Source of the DNA: Candidatus Latescibacterota bacterium
GTDB taxonomy: Bacteria > Latescibacterota > UBA2968
Assembly: GCA_965204745.1 (NCBI GenBank)
Contig: OZ242010.1
Coordinates: forward strand, 1,824,001 to 1,888,000
DNA length: 64,000 nt
Reading direction: 5' to 3'
The notes below the pieces were generated by a model that was given only the letters and a program-made list of their open reading frames with translations, searched no databases and had not been told where the DNA came from. Of this stretch, positions 56,991 to 64,000 are shown piece after piece. The position numbers were made by a program, and so were the translations under genes. Each line of letters opens with the position of its first letter. The first letter of the stretch is position 1.

Positions 56991-57119
56991 ACTTCCAAGA
57001 TACAAGAGGGGAGAAGGCCAGCCGATTACCCCAAAATGCGAGGAGTGGATCGTAGGGACAGGCACAGGGCCTGTCCAAATCCGCGGTTAGCGAAACAAAT
57101 TAACCCTTTCGAGAAAGGA

Positions 57120-59096
57120 ATGACGATGTCGAAGAAAATCATTGCTTATGGCATGGACGGTTTTATCACGCCGATGATGAAGCATTTTGCCGATGAGGGA
57201 TCGTTGCCGACGTTTAAGCGGTTGATTGACGAGGGCGCGGTCAATGAGACGTTTCCGTCCTTTCCGGTGTGGACGCCCACGAATTGGGCCACCCTCTCCA
57301 CGGGCGCGCACACGGGTACGCACAGCGTCACGCGCTGGCGAGTCGAGGTCGCGCCGGGCGAGCGCGTCAATTCGTTTGACGGTCGCGCCAACAATGCCCA
57401 ACGCATCTGGAACGCCCTTGAGCGCGAGGGCCTGAAAGGCGTGGCCCTGCACTATCCGGCAGCGCATCCGTCCGGCGTGGAAACCGGGTATGTGATCGAC
57501 GGGTTCGGGCATCCTGGGCACGCGAGTACGGATTATGAAATCGCCGCGGCGCAGGCTTATACCACGGCGGCGCAGGGCGAGGAGACCGTGCAGATGGACC
57601 ACGACGGCACAGCCGTGCGCCGCAGGCAGCGCAGCATTGCATCCATCCCCGCGCTCGCGCCGGCCAAGGGCTGGACAAATCTTCCGCAAAGCGCGTTGCC
57701 GCCGCTCGCTTCTGCCATCGAGATCCACGCGCGCTTGGGCGGCGACATCAATCGCTTTTACCTGCTCGCATTTGCCCATACAGGCAATGGATACGACGCG
57801 CTACGGGTCTGCCGATCAAGAGATGGCAACGACCACATCGCGGAGGCCAAGACCGGTTCATGGAGCAATTGGGCCATTGAACCGTTCCACATCGCGGGCC
57901 GCACACAGCGCGCCGCAGTGCGTTTCAAACTCCTCGAACTCGAACCCGATGGCACGCACCTCAAGCTGTACCGCTCGCAGATCACGTACGCGGATGGCTT
58001 CACCTATCCAGACGATTTGGCCGCCGAACTCATCCACCGCTTTGGCCCCTATCAAGAACACGCCTCGATGACGCCCTATACCGCGGGCATGACCGATTTT
58101 GACACCGCGCTTGAAGAATGCGCGTATCAAGGCATGTGGTTTGCCGATGTCGCCAATTACATGCTCCAAGAAAAAGATGCCAATTTCTTCATCTGTCACT
58201 GGCATCTCTACGACTACCTCAACCACATCCACCTCGATGGCGTCGATCCGGTGTGCCCTGCATACCGTGCGGACAAGGCGAACGCGGTCATGGACTTGTT
58301 CCGCAAGGCGTACATCGTCGGGGACGAGGTCCTCAAACGCCTGTGGGATGCCGCGGATGAGACCACCTGTGTCGGCGTGCTGTCCGATCACGGCGCGTCG
58401 CCAGATGTGCGGATTGCCAACATCCGAAAATTCCTGCACGACAAGGGATTCACCGTGCTCAAAGCAGATGCCAGCGACGGGGTTGAACGAGACGAAGTCC
58501 TCGAAAGCGAAATCGACTTTGAAAAAACCCGTGCGTACCTCAAAGACGACAAGGGCTTCGATATATGGATCAACGCCGAACCCGGCCCCGAGTTTGACGC
58601 GATTGAACGCGATCTCCTCCTCGCCCTCCGCACTTGGGTCGATGAAGAGGTCGGGCGCAATGTCATCGCCATTGCCCTGCCCAAGCGCGACGCGTACATG
58701 CTCGGGCAATGGGGCGATCAGTGCGGCGATGTGGTTTTCGCATGGGATCACGGCTATGTCAGCGGGTACTACGGCCAATGGAAGGGCATTGTGGGCGGCG
58801 GGTGCGTGGGCGCGCCCGAGGTTTTCGGCGCGCATCACGGGGGCTTTATCCCCACGCGCAGCGAGATTTCTTCGAGTTTTGGATCGTTTCACTTGGCGGG
58901 CCCGGGCATCAAAAAGGGCTACGAACGCCCGACGGACAAACTCGGGTATATCCACGCGGTCGATGTGGTGCCCACGCTTTGCCACCTCTTCGGCATCGCC
59001 CCACCCGACCAAAGCCAAGGCGCGATTGCCTACGATATCCTGCAAGGTCACGAGATGGTGCGGAAAAGAGCCACAAAAGGCACGAGCGGGGTATAA
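57120..59096 (+). CDS. Alkaline phosphatase superfamily / type I phosphodiesterase
   Basis: YGMDG, TPTNWATLSTG, D..NH, LSDHG, GAHH, DVVPT; AAGGA RBS. Confidence 0.85.
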   Translation: MTMSKKIIAYGMDGFITPMMKHFADEGSLPTFKRLIDEGAVNETFPSFPVWTPTNWATLSTGAHTGTHSVTRWRVEVAPGERVNSFDGRANNAQRIWNALEREGLKGVALHYPAAHPSGVETGYVIDGFGHPGHASTDYEIAAAQAYTTAAQGEETVQMDHDGTAVRRRQRSIASIPALAPAKGWTNLPQSALPPLASAIEIHARLGGDINRFYLLAFAHTGNGYDALRVCRSRDGNDHIAEAKTGSWSNWAIEPFHIAGRTQRAAVRFKLLELEPDGTHLKLYRSQITYADGFTYPDDLAAELIHRFGPYQEHASMTPYTAGMTDFDTALEECAYQGMWFADVANYMLQEKDANFFICHWHLYDYLNHIHLDGVDPVCPAYRADKANAVMDLFRKAYIVGDEVLKRLWDAADETTCVGVLSDHGASPDVRIANIRKFLHDKGFTVLKADASDGVERDEVLESEIDFEKTRAYLKDDKGFDIWINAEPGPEFDAIERDLLLALRTWVDEEVGRNVIAIALPKRDAYMLGQWGDQCGDVVFAWDHGYVSGYYGQWKGIVGGGCVGAPEVFGAHHGGFIPTRSEISSSFGSFHLAGPGIKKGYERPTDKLGYIHAVDVVPTLCHLFGIAPPDQSQGAIAYDILQGHEMVRKRATKGTSGV

Positions 59097-59244
59097 GAGA
59101 GCCACAAAAGGCACAAAAGGCACAAAAGGGGTACAACTGGCAACAGCCAGTTCAAAGGCACAAAAGGGGTACAACTGGCGATAGTCCGTTCAAAGGCGGG
59201 CCGTGTGTAGGGGCGATGCCCCCGTGCTCGTCCAAAGATACAAG
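59068..59244 (+). repeat. Nonamers + 38-bp units + GTAG-REP-like hairpin + AGATACAAG
   Basis: Same family as 17441-17600, 28289 and 11323; overlaps the 3' end of the preceding gene. Confidence 0.85.
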
Positions 59245-59266
59245 GTATAAGGGTGGGGGAAGCTCG

Positions 59267-59506
59267 GTGATAGACTTTGAGATTCTTGGAGAAATTACAC
59301 AAATCGAACCCATTGCCAGAGGACCTGGCGTGCGTGACCGAGCGCGATTGCAAAAACAATACGGGCCAGGTAGATGGCGCAAATTGAAGGGCGTGGCGCG
59401 CGTGCGCCTACTTGACAACAGCATCAGGATCGCTGAAATTCATTGGTACGAAGCGCATGGTATTGGAAAAAAAGAATTTAAACTCAAACTCCCCTTTCTC
59501 GGCTGA
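59267..59506 (+). CDS. Small basic protein, putative toxin of an uncharacterised two-gene module
   Basis: GTG start; WRKLKG...AEIHWYEAHGIGKKEFK. Confidence 0.75.
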   Translation: MIDFEILGEITQIEPIARGPGVRDRARLQKQYGPGRWRKLKGVARVRLLDNSIRIAEIHWYEAHGIGKKEFKLKLPFLG

Positions 59507-59508
59507 TT

Positions 59509-59757
59509 ATGACAAAAGAAAATCATTTTCCCCGACACTTTGCCCTCTGTATCGACAATGAGGGATACGAGGCTTCGCTCGAAGTGGGCAAGGTTTATCG
59601 CGTCATTCCCGATGAAGCCGCCGCCGATCATGGCTATATTCGCATCGTTGATGAAAGCGGTGAAGATTACGCTTTTGGCGACCACCGCTTTCATCGCATT
59701 GCCCTGCCCGCTGCCGTTGGTGAAGTGTTGATATCTGCCCAGCGAGTCGTAGATTGA
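59509..59757 (+). CDS. Small acidic protein, putative antitoxin/immunity partner
   Basis: SLE.GKVY.V...IRIVDESGEDY; 2 bp after the previous stop. Confidence 0.75.
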   Translation: MTKENHFPRHFALCIDNEGYEASLEVGKVYRVIPDEAAADHGYIRIVDESGEDYAFGDHRFHRIALPAAVGEVLISAQRVVD

Positions 59758-59770
59758 GGAGGCGAATCAC

Positions 59771-59895
59771 ATGTTCGATATTCACGGCGTTCTGAAGGAC
59801 TTGTCCAAGCATCGCCCGATCTTTTGTTCGGAGGCGGATTTCCAAGACGCTCTCGCATGGCAGATTCAGGAGGCGATGCCGGATTGTGAGATTGG
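59771..59895 (+). pseudogene. N-terminal fragment of a probable PD-(D/E)XK nuclease-like gene
   Basis: GGAGG RBS; RPIF.SEADFQ.ALAW.I, after which the reading looks non-coding. Confidence 0.5.
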
Positions 59896-60016
59896 ATCTC
59901 TCCAAAAAAAGAAATACCGGACCTTTGTATTCCGTCTGAACGCATTGCAAAAGCAAAGGGCTTGCGAGATCGAATCGCAAGCCCTTCTGTCTCAAAATCA
60001 AACCGTCTTTTTGGGA

Positions 60017-60223
60017 TCAAGATGCCCACTTGAGCTTTTTCTTTGACTGGACGCAGTCCAGCAGATACAGGTTGATCAAATTCTGGTATGGAATACCCGT
60101 TTCGTCCGCCAAGTCCTTAAAATACGCGATAACATCCGTCCCCAAGCGCAATGTGACTTGCTTTTTCAAATGCTTTGTATATGGGTTTTTGACGGATTTC
60201 GAGAAGTCGTATTCTTTTTTCAT
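60017..60223 (-). CDS. brnA: BrnA-family antitoxin
   Basis: MKKEYDFS...NPY, VTLRL..DVI.YFK, GIPYQ.LIN.YL. Confidence 0.9.
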   Translation of the reverse strand: MKKEYDFSKSVKNPYTKHLKKQVTLRLGTDVIAYFKDLADETGIPYQNLINLYLLDCVQSKKKLKWAS

Positions 60224-60330
60224 CGCAAATACCTTTCGTATTGTCGTTGTTCGTTGTTGTTGGCCTTTCGCGCAGAAATAATTCTGATCACTGTATCCTC
60301 CTCTCGATGACAGTGGCTGACAACCAAAAT
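60220..60330 (-). pseudogene. brnT: BrnT toxin C-terminal fragment
   Basis: ILVVSHCHRE...IRIISARKA...E..QY; the N-terminal half is missing where the SDR 5' region begins. Confidence 0.85.
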
Positions 60331-60342
60331 TAGGAGAAAACC

Positions 60343-61077
60343 ATGAGATTGCAAAACAAAAACATCGTCGTCACCGGGGGGGCGTCGGGGATTGGGCGGG
60401 CCGCGGCGCGATGCTGTGCGCGGGAAGGCGCGCGCGTGGCGGTTGTGGATTTGGATGGGGAGGGCGTTGAACGCACGGTGCGGGAAATCGAACGGGCAGG
60501 TGGATGTGCAAATGGGTTTCGGGCAGATGTGAAAGACGAGGCGCAGGTGCGCGACTTGTTTGACGATATCGGCGGAGCCTTTGGGCACATCGACGGCTTG
60601 ATCCACGCCGCGGGCATCCTCGAAGGCGCGCTCGTTCCCGTGGATGACTTTGACGAAGTGACGTGGGACAGGGTCATCGACATCAATTTGAAAGGGAGTT
60701 TTCTCGCGGCAAAGTACGCGGTGCCGTGGATGGAAAACGCGGGCAAAGGCGTCATCGCGCTCATCGCGTCTGGCGCGGGGGTCAAAGGCGGGAGTTCATC
60801 TGTGGCGTATGGATCGAGCAAGGGCGGCGTTCACGGCTTGTCCTTGGTGCTGGCAGCGCAACTGGGCAACCGCAAGATCCGCGTTCACGGCGTTTGCCCG
60901 GGCGGGATTGAGACCCCGTTGAAAATGCGCGTCGTCCAAAAACAAGCCGATGCCTCGAGGCGCGATGTGGCGCACTTGGCTGCCGGGCTTGGCGACCCCG
61001 AGGGCGTGGGCAAAATTTTGTCCTTTCTCGTATCTGACGACGCGGATTACGTGCGCGGCACGATTTTCACGCGATAG
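60343..61077 (+). CDS. Short-chain dehydrogenase/reductase
   Basis: TGGASGIG, AAG, INLKG, YGSSK, PG. Confidence 0.93.
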   Translation: MRLQNKNIVVTGGASGIGRAAARCCAREGARVAVVDLDGEGVERTVREIERAGGCANGFRADVKDEAQVRDLFDDIGGAFGHIDGLIHAAGILEGALVPVDDFDEVTWDRVIDINLKGSFLAAKYAVPWMENAGKGVIALIASGAGVKGGSSSVAYGSSKGGVHGLSLVLAAQLGNRKIRVHGVCPGGIETPLKMRVVQKQADASRRDVAHLAAGLGDPEGVGKILSFLVSDDADYVRGTIFTR

Positions 61078-61086
61078 GAGGCGACC

Positions 61087-61956
61087 ATGCGCTTGGGTGT
61101 TGTTGGCCTGTTGCCCCGGGATTTTCGCACTTTAGAACCGGCCCATCTGCAAGCCGTGCAAAACCTCGGCTTCACGGGTTGCGCGTTTCACTTTCCCGGA
61201 GAACTGTGCGGGGAAATCACCACTGTGGACACGGCGCGGTGCCGCGCGCTTTTTGCTGACCACGAGCTCGACCTCGCGCAATTTTCCATCACTTATTCGG
61301 AATGCCTGTTTGACCCGGATGCAGACGTGCGAAATGCCATTGTCGCCAAAATCAAACGGGGCGCGGAAATCGCCGCGGGCCTGTCTGCCCAGACCTACTT
61401 GTTGCGCCCGGGCAGCCGCAATCCCGCGGGCAGTTGGACGCCCCATCGCCACAACCACACGCGAGCGGCCTGGGACTGCCTCATCCAAACCCTGCGCGAC
61501 ATCGCGCCCACGCTCGAACAACGCGGCGTCACAGGGGTCATGGAAACCCACCTCGTCTCCATCCTCAAAAACCCGCACACCTGCCGCGCTATGGTCGAAA
61601 GCGTGGGGTCTGCCAACCTGCGCTTGGTGATGGACTACGTGAATCACTTCGAGACCCTGAGCCAAGTCTATGACAGCGCAGAACGGTTGGATCACATCTT
61701 CGCCGAGATGGGCGCGTACGCGCCGATTATGCACATCAAGGATATCGCTATCGGCAAGGGACTCGTGCTCCACCTCGATGAAACCGTGCCAGGCCATGGC
61801 GAACTCGACCTCGCGCATTGCTTGCGGCACTTCCAACGCCTCTTTCCCGACAACTACGGCCTCATCGAACACCTTCCCCCCGACCGCATTCCCGAAGCCG
61901 CGACCAACACGCACGATATTGCGGAGCGGGCGGGCGTTCCGATAGGCGAAAAGTAG
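61087..61956 (+). CDS. Sugar phosphate isomerase/epimerase (xylose isomerase-like TIM barrel)
   Basis: METH, MD.VN, HIKD, PG.G..D, IEH. Confidence 0.88.
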   Translation: MRLGVVGLLPRDFRTLEPAHLQAVQNLGFTGCAFHFPGELCGEITTVDTARCRALFADHELDLAQFSITYSECLFDPDADVRNAIVAKIKRGAEIAAGLSAQTYLLRPGSRNPAGSWTPHRHNHTRAAWDCLIQTLRDIAPTLEQRGVTGVMETHLVSILKNPHTCRAMVESVGSANLRLVMDYVNHFETLSQVYDSAERLDHIFAEMGAYAPIMHIKDIAIGKGLVLHLDETVPGHGELDLAHCLRHFQRLFPDNYGLIEHLPPDRIPEAATNTHDIAERAGVPIGEK

Positions 61957-61970
61957 CCACCCCCAAATTC

Positions 61971-62035
61971 CAGTTGTCAGTTGTCAGTTGTCAGTTGTCA
62001 GTTGTCAGTTGTCAGTTGTCAGTTGTCAGTTGTCA
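61971..62035. repeat. Heptamer microsatellite (CAGTTGT), about 9 units
   Basis: Perfect tandem units. Confidence 0.95.
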
Positions 62036-63017
62036 ATGCGAATCAAGAGTAGAAAGCGAGTAAGAAGCAAGCCGCGGTCAATCGCCCAAAGACATGAACG
62101 AGTAAGCCCTCATAGGATCGTACCCGAGACGCCATCGAGATGTTCGTCTTTCGTTCAATCCAACTGAACAAGGCCTCTATAGGCTGTCGCATGCTCGAAA
62201 CCGCCCGAGAAAAGTCTTTTTCGGCCTCGGTCAGGCTTTCTTGTCCCTTCTTTCGCTTCACCGGCGTCTCGAAGATCAGGTTCTGCTGCTTGCTAAGCGT
62301 ATCTTTTAAGGGCTGATCGGCGTAGAGTTTATCGCCGTAGAGGTGTCCATCACGCAAAACGGGTAAGACTTGTCGCAAAGCGGTCAGGTCATGCTCTGCT
62401 GCGCCTGTCAAGCCGAAGTACTCTGCTTTGGGCAGGCCATTCGCTCGGTCTTGTGCGACAATGTGCAGTTTAGTGCCGTAATACCACATCTTTTTGGAAG
62501 CGCAGCGGCCTTTGTTGGCCCGTTGTTCTTCAGCCACACATGCCTTTCCGCTACGTGCCGATTGTGCCATGACAATCGGCATGGAATCCACCAAGTAGGT
62601 GTGTTCACAGACATCGGTTGCGGGACTGTCCTTTTGGATCTGTTCAATCAATGGCGCGAAGACCACACACAAGCGGTTCAACCGCTGGATATAGCCTGCA
62701 TAAGTGGGCAGATTGGGAAACCAGTCGAACAGATGATCCTTGGTATAGGTATAAATCGCCTTGATCTGCGTGTGCTGTTGCATGATCCCAAACAAATAGA
62801 TCGTCAGCACTTCTTCATCTGTGAAGGTCGGCGTGTCGTTGTTACTCATGCGTTCCGTATAAAACCACAGATGCTTTTGGTCATACTGCTGACAAATATA
62901 GACATACAAGTGAAAGTTTATCTTGCCAATCCATCGCGTGCTCCTTCCTTTAAGGGTGAAATGACTGAGCCCTCAAGAAAAGACAAGTACGCGATGGATT
63001 CAACTCTTAATTCGCAT
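62036..63017 (-). mobile_element. IS982-family element, 982 bp; TSD TGTCA
   Basis: Same TIRs as 52476-53459 (one substitution), opposite orientation. Confidence 0.93.
62043..62934 (-). pseudogene. IS982 transposase, frameshifted near codon 7
   Basis: AAACTTTCAC versus AAACTCATTCAC in the intact copy: 2-bp deletion after the ATG at 62934. Confidence 0.85.
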
Positions 63018-63290
63018 TGTCAGTTGTCAGTTGTCAGTTGTCAGTTGTCAGTTGTCAGTTGTCAGTTGTCAGTTGTCAGTTGTCAGTTGTCAGTTGTCAG
63101 TTGTCAGTTGTCAGTTGTCAGTTGTCAGTTGTCAGTTGTCAGTTGTCAGTTGTCAGTTGTCAGTTGTCAGTTGTCAGTTGTCAGTTGTCAGTTGTCAGTT
63201 GTCAGTTGTCAGTTGTCAGTTGTCAGTTGTCAGTTGTCAGTTGTCAGTTGTCAGTTGTCAGTTGTCAGTTGTCAGTTGTCAGTTGTCAGT
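63018..63290. repeat. Heptamer microsatellite (TGTCAGT)39
   Basis: 273 bp of perfect units. Confidence 0.95.
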
Positions 63291-64000
63291 GGCGTTGTTG
63301 CATAAATGTTGTCGTGGCGAAGTTCGTCCCTTTCCCGCGAGATTTAAGCCCTTCTTTCTATGGGATAGGACACGGGTTTCGCGATCCTCATCATGCGATT
63401 GAGCACCGCACATCCCAACAGTGCTTCCGTTTCTTGGTTCTTCTGATTTCGTGCGCGCAACTGCCGCCCAATGAGTTGCTTATAGCGGCCTATGTGGGTT
63501 TCAACGACCGAGCGACGATGATAGCCACTGGTGCGTTTCCACTTTCGGCGGCCTTGACGCCGGATGGCTCGGATGATTTCATCGCGGGCGAGGGGGGGCG
63601 CCTTCCTGTTTCCGTGTTGTTCAATTTTCGCGTCATGGCGCGGGGGAATCAGAGGTCGGATGGGGGCTCCTTGTTTGGGGGCGGCGCATGTGTTGAAGAC
63701 CTTGCGTTTGTCATAGCCGCCATCTGCGCCCAGCGTATGGACAGGGGCCGGGACTTGATCGAGCAAGGGGTTGACCTGCGAAGCGTCATCAACGCTTGCC
63801 GAAGTCAGGGTCTGTGCGACAAGCTCCCCGGTGGCCGCATTGACGCCGATGTGCAATTTGCGCCAAGTCCTGCGCTTGCAAAAGCCGTGTTGACGCACCT
63901 TCCATTCCCCTTCGCCATACCCTTTCAGGCCGGTAGAATCCACCACTAAGTGGATCGGCGCGTGACGGGATTGGACAGGTAAATCCACATTCAAATCGCC
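63291..64000 (-). mobile_element. IS5-family (IS903 group) element, runs off the window
   Basis: End GGCGTTGTTGCATAAATG resembles the IS903 TIR GGCTTTGTTGAATAAATC as recalled. Confidence 0.88.
63344..64000 (-). CDS. IS5/IS903-group DDE transposase (5' truncated by the window edge)
   Basis: VDSTGLK.YGEGEW, RRTWRKLH, ADGGYD, GYHRRS.VET. Confidence 0.93.
   Translation of the reverse strand, partial: GDLNVDLPVQSRHAPIHLVVDSTGLKGYGEGEWKVRQHGFCKRRTWRKLHIGVNAATGELVAQTLTSASVDDASQVNPLLDQVPAPVHTLGADGGYDKRKVFNTCAAPKQGAPIRPLIPPRHDAKIEQHGNRKAPPLARDEIIRAIRRQGRRKWKRTSGYHRRSVVETHIGRYKQLIGRQLRARNQKNQETEALLGCAVLNRMMRIAKPVSYPIERRA

Larger units (their letters stand above)
55712..57006 (-). mobile_element. IS110-family (IS621-like) element with CT cores at both junctions
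   Basis: Minus-strand junctions CTCCCCT-CT-TGTAT (left) and AGAGTAT-CT-TGCCT (right); about 1.29 kb. Confidence 0.92.

Noticed and set aside
62370-63949. ORFs with (LSVVSCQ)n repeats
   Set aside because: Translation of the TGTCAGT microsatellite joined to antisense IS sequence.

Overview
Bacterial window of moderately high GC content. Three PhyH dioxygenases, two sulfatases, many toxin-antitoxin (TA) fragments and dense repeats resemble a Latescibacterota/Poribacteria-like symbiont (inference only). Housekeeping genes include the argRCBD operon with ARG boxes, DAHP synthase, long-type ilvC, hrpA, yejBEF, a K+ channel, xylulokinase and a DUF58/BatA/vWA cluster. These are interleaved with decayed defence and TA modules: an M.EcoRV-like methylase with a stump of its endonuclease, an orphan hsdS and several orphan antitoxins. 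The most striking content is a layered repeat and mobile-element ecosystem. An intact IS621-like IS110 element (55712-57006) carries a readable bridge RNA. Its donor guides match its own ends exactly, and its target guides spell the intergenic heptamer microsatellite (CCTCTTR)n rather than a REP. IS982 copies sit at TGWCA inside a second heptamer family, (TGTCAGT)n, and an IS903-group element abuts the same array. Hollow IS5 and IS982 shells each carry the same palindromic repeat as cargo. No rRNA, tRNA or CRISPR array was recognised. Family assignments come from motif recognition by eye, not database searches.
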